This document shows positions 32,796 to 42,974 of a stretch of DNA of 64,000 nt, in pieces. Numbering within the stretch: position 1 is the stretch's first letter; each line of letters begins with the position of its first letter. The notes under the pieces were generated by a model. It worked only from the letters and a program-made list of their open reading frames with translations, searched no databases and was not told where the DNA came from. The translations under genes were made by a program, and so were the position numbers. The stretch is from an uncultured bacterium (GTDB taxonomy: Bacteria; Babelota; Babeliae; Babelales; Babelaceae): contig OY970209.1 in NCBI GenBank assembly GCA_963713855.1, forward strand, positions 672,001 through 736,000. The letters run 5' to 3'.

Positions 32796-34178
32796 ATGAT
32801 GCTAAAAAGGGTAATTGGCTTAATGCTTCTAATAAGCAGCTTTATTATTTGGTCGAACGATGATGAGCAAGCAAAACTGCTTGAAAAACAGCGTGATGAC
32901 AAATTATTTGAAGCTGCAGAAAAAGGAGACGAGTCAAAAGTTGTGGCAGCGGTTAGTCAAGGTGCCCACGTTAATGCCCGGAATGATGATGGGATTACTG
33001 CGCTTATGATCGCAGCTCGAGTGGGGAATTTACCGATTGCCGAATATTTGGTAGACCACGACGCTGACGTTAATATGCGAAATAACAATGGAGTGACTGC
33101 TCTTATATATGCTCTACTGTTTGGTCACGATGCTCTAGCTGACTTTTTCATAGGGCGGGGTGCTTTATTAACCGGATACAGATTTGAGCTACCTGAAGGA
33201 TCCCAGCCCGCTTTTCAGTATCACCTTAACAATTATCTGCATCGATCTATTTACAGGAAAAACTTAAATCAGGTTCGGGCAGCTCTTGATTTGGGAGCCA
33301 ATATTAATAGTAGAAATACTGAAAACACTTTGCGCTATACTCCACTTATAGGCGCTGCTTTTCGTCAATCTCTGCCCATTATTGAATATCTCGTGGAGCA
33401 CGGCGCGGACGTTAATATTCAAAATCCGGATGAGCAAACAGCACTCGATTGGGCTGCTTTTAAGAAAGATTTGCCCACGGTAGAATATTTAGTGGAGCAT
33501 GGTGCTCGGTTAGGAGACACGAGTTTTTCATTTAAATCTAGACCACTCATCACAGCTCTATTGAATAGAAACGGCGATGGCGTAAATAGCCTTTTAGTTG
33601 ACCCGACCAAATTAAATGAAGAAGAGCTTCGAGAAGCGTTACCGTTGGCCGTGGCTCTTAATGACCAAAACACGGTGGATATATTGCTGAGGCACTTTGG
33701 CGACAACATACCGAAAAAGATTATTGAAAGAGCTCTTATAAGCGCAATTTCAGCCCATAATTTACAAAATTTTGAGAGGTTTTATCGTCTTGCAAGAAGA
33801 AACTTATCTGCAAGGAGATTTACTAGGGCGATAGAAAGAGCATTATTGTGGGCGGTCACCCGTAGAAATGAGCCCGCGGTAGGTTTTATACTTGAGCGTG
33901 CACTTGTTTATGGTGAGATACCGGATCTTAATGTGGCAGACGTGGGTCGACACGTGGCAGAGCTATTAAGAACGCGCAGCGACCTTACGCAGGATGAGAG
34001 AGAAGCGTTAAATCGCATTGGAAAAAGTCTTATTGCAGTTCCTCGGTTACGAGAACTTAACTTAGCAGCAGCTCAGAACACAGCGCTAGCAACTCTGTCA
34101 CAGTTAATGCCGAAACTTCCTACCGAGCTTATAGCTCTCATCTTAGGATTAACGGTACGACCTCATTTGCCCAAGTAG
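32796..34178 (+). CDS. Secreted ankyrin-repeat protein with C-terminal F-box-like motif (tandem paralog)
   Basis: GITALMIAA, YTPLIGAA; MPKLPTELIALIL. Confidence 0.85.
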   Translation: MMLKRVIGLMLLISSFIIWSNDDEQAKLLEKQRDDKLFEAAEKGDESKVVAAVSQGAHVNARNDDGITALMIAARVGNLPIAEYLVDHDADVNMRNNNGVTALIYALLFGHDALADFFIGRGALLTGYRFELPEGSQPAFQYHLNNYLHRSIYRKNLNQVRAALDLGANINSRNTENTLRYTPLIGAAFRQSLPIIEYLVEHGADVNIQNPDEQTALDWAAFKKDLPTVEYLVEHGARLGDTSFSFKSRPLITALLNRNGDGVNSLLVDPTKLNEEELREALPLAVALNDQNTVDILLRHFGDNIPKKIIERALISAISAHNLQNFERFYRLARRNLSARRFTRAIERALLWAVTRRNEPAVGFILERALVYGEIPDLNVADVGRHVAELLRTRSDLTQDEREALNRIGKSLIAVPRLRELNLAAAQNTALATLSQLMPKLPTELIALILGLTVRPHLPK

Positions 34179-34243
34179 ATGATTTTGTAAAAGGGAATGC
34201 GAATGGGCATTCAAGAAAGCGTTCATTAGGTGCACCAAGTAAC

Positions 34244-35410
34244 CTATCCGAGCAAACTCTTAAGAAAATCATCCGAAGAAATCGAATCAATCCCGTATGC
34301 ATTAATGTTTTCGTCGAGAGGAAAGTTGACATTACCGGGATAAACTAGGCCAAGGTGATGAAGCTCAAGATCTTCGAGAGCAATACGCATAGATTTTGTT
34401 ACTTTTGGACTATCAGTATACTTAAATTCAAAACCCAGACGTTTTCCTCCTCTCATAAGCAATAAATCTAACTCAGCATCTGCATGTGTTGCCCAGAAAA
34501 AGCACTCTTCTGCTGAAGCTTCGAAGATCCGAATGATTTCTTCTAATGCAAAGCCTTCCCAGAAGGAACCAAGTTTAGGATACGTAAGTAACTGTTCTTG
34601 ATTGCGAATTGTTAGGAGTGCATTTAAAATACCACTGTCACGAAAATAAATCTTAGGTGAGCGCACTTGTCGTTTTTGAATATTCTCGTACCATGGCAAA
34701 AGAATACGTATCATGAATGTTCCAGCTAGAACATCAAGATATTTACCCACATTGTATCTAGATATATTTAAAGATTTACTTATTTCATTTCCGTTAAATA
34801 TTTGTCCATGATAATGAGAGATCATGAGCCAAAACCGGCGCATTTGCTGTGGCGGGATATTAAATCCAAGATTCGGTATATCTCTTTCCAGAAAGCTACT
34901 TATATAACTCTGTCGCCAGCTATAGCTTTTTTCGTCGTTTTCGGCCAGATATGATAAAGGAAACCCACCTCTTAACCATAACTTATTGCTGTTATCCACT
35001 TCAGCAAGTGAAAACGGAGGCAACTCGATATAACCTATACGGCCTGCCAACGATTCGGATGATTGACGCAAAAGATCGCGTGAAGCACTTCCTAAAATAA
35101 GGAATCGCCTGTTCTTCTTTTGCTGATCAATGAGCACGCGCAATATGGGAAAAAGATCGGGCCTTCGTTGTATCTCATCTATAATAATAAGGTCCTTAGT
35201 AATATTTGTAAGTGTACGCATTGGGTTTTCAAGAAGGGCGAGATCCAAGGGATTCTCTAAATCGAGAAAATAAGTATCTTGTGGGAAATATTTTGCCGCA
35301 TAAGCTTTTGCCAAGGTCGTTTTTCCAACTTGCCGTGCCCCAAGAATGCCACAGGCGGAATGGATGCCAAATTGAGCTTCAACCTCCTCGAGATAATGTG
35401 TGCGTTCCAT
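34244..35410 (-). CDS. AAA_14 family ATPase with DUF4143 domain
   Basis: GARQVGKTT, IIDEIQ, LAGRI, RGGFP, ELDL..GFEFK. Confidence 0.9.
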   Translation of the reverse strand: MERTHYLEEVEAQFGIHSACGILGARQVGKTTLAKAYAAKYFPQDTYFLDLENPLDLALLENPMRTLTNITKDLIIIDEIQRRPDLFPILRVLIDQQKKNRRFLILGSASRDLLRQSSESLAGRIGYIELPPFSLAEVDNSNKLWLRGGFPLSYLAENDEKSYSWRQSYISSFLERDIPNLGFNIPPQQMRRFWLMISHYHGQIFNGNEISKSLNISRYNVGKYLDVLAGTFMIRILLPWYENIQKRQVRSPKIYFRDSGILNALLTIRNQEQLLTYPKLGSFWEGFALEEIIRIFEASAEECFFWATHADAELDLLLMRGGKRLGFEFKYTDSPKVTKSMRIALEDLELHHLGLVYPGNVNFPLDENINAYGIDSISSDDFLKSLLG

Positions 35411-35413
35411 AAA

Positions 35414-35555
35414 AAATACCTTGAAATTTGCAAATCCGTTTACATTTTACAAGGTATTTTATTTAAAATCAAGAGAGCTGATCGAGTAAGCGAACCAAAT
35501 GATAAGTCCACTTTACATTTAGTCGGACTATTTGTTAAATCGACTTTACAAATAG
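35414..35555. repeat. Inverted repeat plus 33-bp-spaced direct repeats upstream of the ATPase
   Basis: AAAATACCTTG..CAAGGTATTTT; AAGTCCACTTTACATTTAGT and AAATCGACTTTACAAATAGT with cores at 35511 and 35544. Confidence 0.55.
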
Positions 35556-35796
35556 TTCTGGCTCTGAGAGTTTATAGAGTGCTTCAGTAGGATTTAATCG
35601 CAGATGGCCTGGAAGCGACCGAGAAAATGACCATCTACTCGAATACCCAAAGGGTGCTAACCATATGTTTCATTAGAGCACCTAATCAAAGCCCTTCGAG
35701 AAACTTAAGTAGTTTACGCACGGTGGCGGCTATAGTATCCTATAAAGACTATTTGCATGCAAGGTCTTTCATGTCTCTTTTGAAATCTCTTCTGGT

Positions 35797-37728
35797 ATGA
35801 AAATTAATCACCAGGCTTTTTTTTACAGTTTTATCATTCTCATTGCGCTTATGGCTTATGCTTTGGGAATGCTTTTTTTTGTTACTACGATACCGTGGGT
35901 TGACCTTTCTGCTCTTGAATTTAATCAGTTTGCGATGCCTTCTATACTGCTTGATGATGAGGGTAATGAGTGGGGAAGGTTTCAGCTTGACCGCAGGAAG
36001 GCTGTTCAGCTTAATGCAATGCCGGAGGCGCTTATTGCCGCCTTTTTAACATCTGAGGATCGCTCATTTTTTAAGCACAAAGGCATCTCTGTAAGAGGTA
36101 TTGTGCGCTCAGTGCTTGTTAACGTTCTACGTGGAAGGCGGGTTCAGGGTGCGAGCACCATTACTCAGCAGCTTGTTCGTCTTCTTTTTTTTGATTCTAA
36201 AAAAACGTTTATGAGAAAAATAAAAGAGCAGTTTCTTTCGCTTTCGATAGAAAAGCAGTTTAGCAAAGAAGTCATTTTGGAAGCGTACCTTAATAACATT
36301 TATTTTGGGTGCGGCATTTACGGTGTTCAAGCTGCAAGTCAACGTTTCTGGTCAAAAGATGTGCATGACCTTACATTAGATGAGGCAGCTACTCTAGCAG
36401 CGATTGTTCCGGCACCTATACGGTACTGTCCACTTATAAATCCTCAAAAAACCCGTAAACGTCGAGATCTTATTCTCAAGCTTATGCTCCAGCTTGGCAG
36501 TATTACACAAAAAGAGTATGAAAGTGCGGCTGCTAAGGAAATTACAGTTCAAGCTAGCGATATACGGGGGCATTGTTGCTCACCCCATGCAAGAGAATAC
36601 GTACGTACAATTCTTGAAAATCAGTTTGGCCGATCTGCGCTTTACACTCAAGGCCTTATTATACAAACAACACTTAACAGAAAAATGCAGGAATCTGCTA
36701 CTGCACACTTTAAAAAGCATATCGAGCGATTGAGAAAGACAATAAGCGGTGCTGTAGATGGTGGATTAGTGACGTTGGCTGTCCATGATAGCAGCATTAA
36801 GTCAATGGTAGGAGGCTACAATTTTTCAGCGTCGCAGTTTAACAGAGCCTTAAACGCTAAACGCCAAATTGGCTCACTTTTTAAACCAATCATTTACAGT
36901 GTTGGTCTTGAGAGGGGCGTTATTGACTTTAATGATACTGAGATTGACGAACCGATAACGCTTATGAATGGCAATCGAGTGTGGAGTCCAAAAAACTTTA
37001 ACAAGAAGTTTGAGGGACGTATGACGCTTGCTCATGCGTTAGCTCTTTCCAAAAATACGATCTCAGTTAAAACATTGCTGAAAGTTGGCATGGATAATGT
37101 TATAGCATGTGCTAAAAAGTGCCATCTTGCTCAATACTTAGAGCCTTATCCTTCGTTGGCTTTGGGATGCATAGATGCAACGGTACTTCAAGCAGCTTCT
37201 CTTTTTACGCTGTTTTCACATCAGGGTGTTATGGTTGAGCCGCATTTGATCGACTGGGTTAAGGACTGTTGGGGTAAAAAGCTATGGAGGCACAAAGAGG
37301 TGCGCACCCCAGTTTTAAGTTGGAAAACGAGTAGTAAAATTATGCAGGCGCTTTCGACAGCTTTTGATCGGCTTAAAGACAGGTATCCGCAGCTTTGGGG
37401 GGATGTTAAAGCATTCGGTAAAACTGGAACCACCAACGATTCCCGAACATGCTGGTTTGCGGGCGGTACGCCCTCATACACCACAGCCGTCTATATAGGC
37501 CGTGATGATAATCAGCCTTTAGGAAAAGACGTTTTTCCGAGCACGACCGCATTTGCGTTATGGCTTGAAGTTAATAAGAGCTTTTTGCATGGATCAGATT
37601 TTTTGATCGAGCCTTCGCTAGAGCGCGTTTTGATAGATCCTTTAAATGGCAAACGATTTATACCTAAGAAAAACGAAAAAGCGAAGAATAAGCAGATGCA
37701 ACCCATAAGTATTCTTTTGGCTAGATAA
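35797..37728 (+). CDS. Class A penicillin-binding protein (PBP1A family)
   Basis: EDRSFFKHKG, GASTITQQ, SLFK, SKN, KTGT. Confidence 0.93.
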   Translation: MKINHQAFFYSFIILIALMAYALGMLFFVTTIPWVDLSALEFNQFAMPSILLDDEGNEWGRFQLDRRKAVQLNAMPEALIAAFLTSEDRSFFKHKGISVRGIVRSVLVNVLRGRRVQGASTITQQLVRLLFFDSKKTFMRKIKEQFLSLSIEKQFSKEVILEAYLNNIYFGCGIYGVQAASQRFWSKDVHDLTLDEAATLAAIVPAPIRYCPLINPQKTRKRRDLILKLMLQLGSITQKEYESAAAKEITVQASDIRGHCCSPHAREYVRTILENQFGRSALYTQGLIIQTTLNRKMQESATAHFKKHIERLRKTISGAVDGGLVTLAVHDSSIKSMVGGYNFSASQFNRALNAKRQIGSLFKPIIYSVGLERGVIDFNDTEIDEPITLMNGNRVWSPKNFNKKFEGRMTLAHALALSKNTISVKTLLKVGMDNVIACAKKCHLAQYLEPYPSLALGCIDATVLQAASLFTLFSHQGVMVEPHLIDWVKDCWGKKLWRHKEVRTPVLSWKTSSKIMQALSTAFDRLKDRYPQLWGDVKAFGKTGTTNDSRTCWFAGGTPSYTTAVYIGRDDNQPLGKDVFPSTTAFALWLEVNKSFLHGSDFLIEPSLERVLIDPLNGKRFIPKKNEKAKNKQMQPISILLAR

Positions 37729-37820
37729 GAATCTATCGCACAATCCTTGACTTCCCACTATAAAATATGGTCTTTTGTCTGAAAGAGTAGTTTGATGTTT
37801 ATCTGCTCAGGAAAATAGCC

Positions 37821-39719
37821 ATGTTTAATGTGCGTAAAGTTATTGTTTTTAGCTCGCTTTTTGCCTGTTTTTTTCTAATAAACTGTCAAGATTCCGGTGA
37901 CGTGGGCGGTCAAATGGATGGCACGTTGGATAGCATTAAATCCTTTCCCGAGACGTTTGCGATGGGCTTTGGTTATTGCCCATCAGATTATACGTATAGC
38001 ATGTCTGTGTGGAATGATTTTAGCCAGTCAATCTATGCACGTATCCAATCAGTTGTTTCTGTTCAAGGAGCGAAGTTTAACTCATCAAACGCCGCTTCTA
38101 CGATGATTCAGCCATATTCTTCGGCAAGCGCAAGTACATTTAACGCGGTCCACGTCTGTCATGGCATTGTGCGCATAGATGCTTTAAATCATCAGATTTT
38201 TGCCCGGGGTGTTGATATAGATAAGACCGATAAGAATGTCTATTACTATCACAGCTTTTCTATTGAAGGAAACCCTGAAGCTGAATTCATGGGCCCCGGA
38301 TTTTATGGTGGTCCATATACTCAAACCTCTGAATTTGATGGTGTCTTTTTTAATAATACAACCTACGACGTTTCTTTATCATTCAATTATTCGGCCAACA
38401 ATAAACCGGCAAATTATACACTTATATTAGAAGCAGGCTCGTTTAATCTTTTAAGCTCAGATAGCACGCAACCCCATTCGATCCGAGACGTTACCAAAAC
38501 CGGCTCATTCAGCTTTAACTTGCCTAATAAATCAAAGACGAGTCTTCCTATTAATTCACAAGGGCTTGGCCAAATCTATTGGGACGCCTCAAGCTCAACG
38601 AGTCTTGCGATTCCCCTAACGACCACGTATGAAATGTTTGGTACTTCAAAAAGCGGAGTACAAGTAGGAATACAGGGCTTTAATATGGGAAACCATAACC
38701 AAACGGGAGTACCAATCGTAAAATCGCAAACACCCCCCAAAGGCTTGTCTCCAATACGCGACATAAACCCTATTTTGTGCGAGGTTTGGTGCCAGTCTCC
38801 TGAGCAGTTTTCGTCAAATCAAAAAGCTGATGCACAAACGTTTGCGTACAAAAGTCAGGAACATATTTGGGCAGCATACGCAACGAAGGATTATACCATC
38901 TTTCAAGAATTAACCCCCGCAAAAGTTACCTCTTTTTCACTTATAAGACCTACTGCAAGTGAGTCAAGTTCACGCCTTTATGTTTTTGCTCTTGATAGCG
39001 ATAATCCAGATAAATCTCGCTCTTATTTGCGTCGCATGCTTTCAAACCCCGGCAGTCTTTCAAAGGCTCTTGCTGTTGATATACCTAATCCCGACACTGC
39101 AACAACAACTCAAATAGAAGAAGCTGTGGCTCAGGCTCTCGGCTCAGTAGCTAATGCAACCTTTAACGATAGCGTTACCGGAGTGAAGGGTACGCTTCTT
39201 CTTGCCGATACCTTTTTGGCTTACGGTGGCCGTCAAGACCGCAATCGCTTTTATGAAGTGCTGCCTCCACTTGTAAGTCTTAATAGCCTTTTTGCAAGCA
39301 CAGTCACTTCACAGCTTGATTTGAGCCTCTTCCAGACAGCCGGTGCTACAAGAGATGCAGCTTTTACAGCTGCTACAAACGAGTTCATGCAAAACATCCG
39401 CGCATGGCTTACTACCTTTGCTACCAATTATAAGCCTAAGCAATTTGTAAATAGTACTATCAGTAACGCGCAAAGCTACCAGTCGCAGCTTGAAGCCCTC
39501 GTACCCGAGCTTACAAGCTACCTCAAGACTAAGGGGATGCCGACGCTTTTTACCAATCCCAAAGCAGCCCCTGGTGACAGGCAATTCAATTCCCAAGGCA
39601 TCCAGTCCCTCTATCTTGTACTATTGGGGCCCGTTAGCCTTAAAAATCCTCCCCTATTGCGCCAAGCTGGAACAAACACCTATCTATCTGGGGCTAAGCC
39701 AAAAAATTGGCCTTCTTAA
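37821..39719 (+). CDS. Large hypothetical secreted protein
   Basis: Signal peptide; 632 aa, S/T/N-rich beta-type N-terminal part and helical C-terminus. Confidence 0.75.
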   Translation: MFNVRKVIVFSSLFACFFLINCQDSGDVGGQMDGTLDSIKSFPETFAMGFGYCPSDYTYSMSVWNDFSQSIYARIQSVVSVQGAKFNSSNAASTMIQPYSSASASTFNAVHVCHGIVRIDALNHQIFARGVDIDKTDKNVYYYHSFSIEGNPEAEFMGPGFYGGPYTQTSEFDGVFFNNTTYDVSLSFNYSANNKPANYTLILEAGSFNLLSSDSTQPHSIRDVTKTGSFSFNLPNKSKTSLPINSQGLGQIYWDASSSTSLAIPLTTTYEMFGTSKSGVQVGIQGFNMGNHNQTGVPIVKSQTPPKGLSPIRDINPILCEVWCQSPEQFSSNQKADAQTFAYKSQEHIWAAYATKDYTIFQELTPAKVTSFSLIRPTASESSSRLYVFALDSDNPDKSRSYLRRMLSNPGSLSKALAVDIPNPDTATTTQIEEAVAQALGSVANATFNDSVTGVKGTLLLADTFLAYGGRQDRNRFYEVLPPLVSLNSLFASTVTSQLDLSLFQTAGATRDAAFTAATNEFMQNIRAWLTTFATNYKPKQFVNSTISNAQSYQSQLEALVPELTSYLKTKGMPTLFTNPKAAPGDRQFNSQGIQSLYLVLLGPVSLKNPPLLRQAGTNTYLSGAKPKNWPS

Positions 39720-39874
39720 AGCCCATTCTTTTTTTGCTCTAGATGGTAAAGTGCCAAATAAAGTATACGAATGGAAAATTTATTGATAATTATGCTGTAT
39801 TAATGCTATTTTATTATCATAATGATAGATTTCAATATTGAAATCTATATTTTATTTTTATAAGGAGATACGTA

Positions 39875-40252
39875 ATGAAGTTAACGCTAATAAAAGCTTT
39901 TGTGTTGTTTTTTGCAGCAGCAAGCTCCGTTGCTTTTGCATTAGTACCAGAACTGCAGCCAATTAATATTAACAGGAATAAGGTAGGATTACCTGACAAT
40001 GCTCACTGTTCTGTGTATCATACTAAGCAAGGCCCAGTGATTACCTGTCAGACTATTTTTAAGAATGCGGCCATGAAGCCTACCTGCGCTACATGTACGC
40101 CTGGCTGGTTAAGCTTTGAAAACTATATAGGTACTTTAATGGGTCCTAGTATGGAAGGTCCAGGAAAAACACGCGCAGTGATCTTCTGTGATGGTGAATG
40201 CGTACCAGTTTCTTCTAAAACTGAATCGCCTATATTGCCAGAAATAATTTAA
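39875..40252 (+). CDS. Small secreted Cys-rich protein
   Basis: AAGGAG RBS, signal peptide, six Cys. Confidence 0.7.
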   Translation: MKLTLIKAFVLFFAAASSVAFALVPELQPININRNKVGLPDNAHCSVYHTKQGPVITCQTIFKNAAMKPTCATCTPGWLSFENYIGTLMGPSMEGPGKTRAVIFCDGECVPVSSKTESPILPEII

Positions 40253-40334
40253 GAAGGGACTTGATTAAAGTACCCTTTCTTTCTTGAAACGTGCAACAGT
40301 TAATTGTAGCGTTGTCTTCTGTGCCTGATGTTGC

Positions 40335-40979
40335 TCATCTTGCACTTATTTCTTCGCCGAAAGCTGTTAATAGGTCGCCAAGTTTTTCGATGGCGCAGGC
40401 GGAGGGTTTACGAGTACCGGTTAGAATTTCTTTCCAAACAGTTAAGGCATCATTCAATGAACCCATCGTGTAAGGAGGAGATGTCATATTCAAGTATTCG
40501 TCTTTTAAAGCAACTTTAATGTAATTTGGATCTTTAAATGATACATCTGGAGCTTTGTACCACATTTTCAGGGTCTGGAGTACAAGGTCAAAAATCTCAT
40601 TAAGCTCATTAACAGTTATTTGCGGAGCAGATTGGCGGCGAGAACCAACGTTTTTAATAACATGTGGATTATCAAGTTGATCAGATACCTGACCGAAAGC
40701 TGTGAGAATTGCACCAAGTTTTCTAATGGTTTCTCCGCTTATTTCATATACAGCTTCTTTCTTATTACTCAATATTTCTTGCCAGACTTCTAAATCATGA
40801 TCTAAAGATCCAAGTCCGAAGACCGGGGTTTTTGAGGAGTTATAATTGATATGCTCATTCGAATGTGTTACCAGATAAAAATCATCGTTCCAAAAAGCAA
40901 TTGACTTAACATTTTGCTGAAGAAGGTATCTTATCGTAATTTCAAACACTTCAGAAAGTTCGTTAAAGCTTAGCTTCAC
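40335..40979 (-). CDS. Putative immunity protein made of two tandem homologous domains
   Basis: NELSEVFE..GSLDHDLEVWQEIL..KLGAILTAFGQ repeats as NELNEIFD..GSLNDALTVWKEIL..KLGDLLTAFGE; GTGA overlap with the upstream gene. Confidence 0.65.
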   Translation of the reverse strand: MKLSFNELSEVFEITIRYLLQQNVKSIAFWNDDFYLVTHSNEHINYNSSKTPVFGLGSLDHDLEVWQEILSNKKEAVYEISGETIRKLGAILTAFGQVSDQLDNPHVIKNVGSRRQSAPQITVNELNEIFDLVLQTLKMWYKAPDVSFKDPNYIKVALKDEYLNMTSPPYTMGSLNDALTVWKEILTGTRKPSACAIEKLGDLLTAFGEEISAR

Positions 40980-42067
40980 TCAGCGCCTCTTTCGTGTAAT
41001 ATATCTTTCAATTTCTGTGCTTCTCTTTTATATTTTTCTATTTGCTCGTTTAGTTCATTGATTCTTGTATTAATTCTTTCTTGTCTTTCTTGAGGGTTTC
41101 GTGCATTCTTTAAAAATTCCTTATTATCATGAGCATCGGGCTCTTTTTTGTAATCTTCAAGTTTTTGCTCGTGCTTTCTAACTTGTTTTTCCTGGCCACG
41201 GATTCGTTTTTTAATATTTTCATCGCTTGCGTCTTCCAAATTGTTTTTCGGCGGTTTACCTGTAGCGCTTTGCCCCATCTTATTTTTAGGATCTTTGGGA
41301 TCCTCAGGAATTCCCCCGCTTCCGCAACCGCTTTCATAGGTTGTTCTAAAATCACCGCCGTCAAAGTGCAGATTTTCAGCTTCTTCTATGTAGCTTGGTC
41401 GTGCTGATTCCCCCAAATTGCTCACCCACAAGAGTCCTCCTATACCGCCAATAGCAGCTCCGACGCCGATGGTCAGGGGGCTAAAAAACGAACTCGCAGC
41501 TGCGCCCGCTTCGGCTCCTGCCACAGCACCTTCACCAAACGCCCAGCTAAAAGTTATCGATAATTCAGGCATATGATTATGTACCAAGACGGAGTTTTGC
41601 CCAACAAAGTAACAGCGTGTAGGACTTTCGATTTTTATTTTAAGAAGCACATCGCCAAAACACGTTTCTTCCCATCCTTTGCATTCAATTAACTTTGGCT
41701 TATTGTCTTTGTTGCTTATTAGTAAGTTGCCTTTTTCCAGGTCTACGGCCTTAACCCACTCATTTTTATTGGCGACAAAAAAGCGTGTTGCGCCACCACA
41801 GGTCAGAACTTCCTCACCAATGTATACACGATACAAAGTACGTAGACCGTCAGATGTTTCAGGCTCGATTGCATAAGCTGTAGAAACTTTATTGTCCGCA
41901 AATGTCATAAGCATGTCATATTTAAGAATCTGATTAAATCTCTTATTACCTTGCTCTGTTTGAACAACCGTCCAAAAAGGAAAGCCCTCATCATCATTTT
42001 CTTCTACGTCGGCTGTAAGTTGTATTGCAAAAAACAGTAAAAGGGTGAGAAAATTTCTGCGTAACAT
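40976..42067 (-). CDS. Secreted Hint-domain polymorphic toxin-like protein
   Basis: Signal peptide; Hint motifs GFPFWTVVQTEQG, WVKAVDLEKG, YFVGQNSVLVHN; Gly/Ala-rich hydrophobic helix; charged C-terminal domain. Confidence 0.8.
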   Translation of the reverse strand: MLRRNFLTLLLFFAIQLTADVEENDDEGFPFWTVVQTEQGNKRFNQILKYDMLMTFADNKVSTAYAIEPETSDGLRTLYRVYIGEEVLTCGGATRFFVANKNEWVKAVDLEKGNLLISNKDNKPKLIECKGWEETCFGDVLLKIKIESPTRCYFVGQNSVLVHNHMPELSITFSWAFGEGAVAGAEAGAAASSFFSPLTIGVGAAIGGIGGLLWVSNLGESARPSYIEEAENLHFDGGDFRTTYESGCGSGGIPEDPKDPKNKMGQSATGKPPKNNLEDASDENIKKRIRGQEKQVRKHEQKLEDYKKEPDAHDNKEFLKNARNPQERQERINTRINELNEQIEKYKREAQKLKDILHERGAE

Positions 42068-42088
42068 GTAAGTGTCCTTATGTGAAGA

Positions 42089-42958
42089 TTACTGTATATC
42101 TACTGTTTTCATATTTTGCTTTTCGGAAAGTTTTTTTCTCGCTTTAAAGCATTCGTAAAGAAATCGAGCAAGAGCGTCCGTGTAAACTCCTAGAACGAGG
42201 CCTGGGCGAGCTTCATTGCCAATTCCCTCGATGGAAAACGTTTCTGGCAATAGCCTTCTAAGTACTGCTTCTTGATAATGCACATGTGGGTAACTCGATA
42301 TAACAAGCACTGCCCCTGGCTCAGGGTTTGTCTTCAACCACTCAGCTACAGTATCTTCTGTAGTTGCACGGTGTGCACCTGGGGCTGCTTTACAAGTAAT
42401 AAATTGGAAGGGTACTTTTATGCTGCCAGGCGATGCCATTTTTACTGCTATTTTAAGCATATCTCTTTCATCATCAATGCCCGGATAACCGTGCCTTGCA
42501 AGTTCTTCTTTTTCGATAGTTGTAAGTTTTCGTTGGCCACCTAACATGAGCAGTTGACTAAATTCTAGGCCTTCTTCGGCTTTTCTTTCTAGAAATTTTA
42601 AGCGCTTTAGCATCGACTCAAACGTTGATCCTAAAATCACTACGTACTTATATTTTTTCTTGGTAGGATTTTTCTCGGCGATCATACCTAGGTCTTTAAA
42701 AAGAGGCAATAACACGTTCAGGAGCTTATCGTTGTCATTTTCCTCTATTTCCCACCGTTCGGTACCGGCTTTTCTCAAAAATTCTCTTTGAGTAGCTCTA
42801 ACGATGCTTTCTAGCGTTTTATCGTGCTTAATGTTGAGCTTTGATAGGATTTCAAGAAGCAACGGATTTTCTTCAATTTCTTGTTGTTTCATTTCCATCG
42901 GTCCATAAGTATTTACAGAGTACGCGCTCATGCATACGAGCGCTAATAAGCAAAACAT
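42089..42958 (-). CDS. Secreted hypothetical protein, possibly YdcF/DUF218-like Rossmannoid fold
   Basis: YVVILGST, LMLGGQR, RATTEDT, VLVISSYPHV. Confidence 0.6.
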   Translation of the reverse strand: MFCLLALVCMSAYSVNTYGPMEMKQQEIEENPLLLEILSKLNIKHDKTLESIVRATQREFLRKAGTERWEIEENDNDKLLNVLLPLFKDLGMIAEKNPTKKKYKYVVILGSTFESMLKRLKFLERKAEEGLEFSQLLMLGGQRKLTTIEKEELARHGYPGIDDERDMLKIAVKMASPGSIKVPFQFITCKAAPGAHRATTEDTVAEWLKTNPEPGAVLVISSYPHVHYQEAVLRRLLPETFSIEGIGNEARPGLVLGVYTDALARFLYECFKARKKLSEKQNMKTVDIQ

Positions 42959-42974
42959 GTTCGTGACCTCGCAA

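Noticed and set aside
41576..41986. Classical self-splicing intein
   Set aside because: No N-terminal Cys/Ser, no +1 Cys/Ser/Thr, no homing endonuclease, and not inserted in a conserved host gene.
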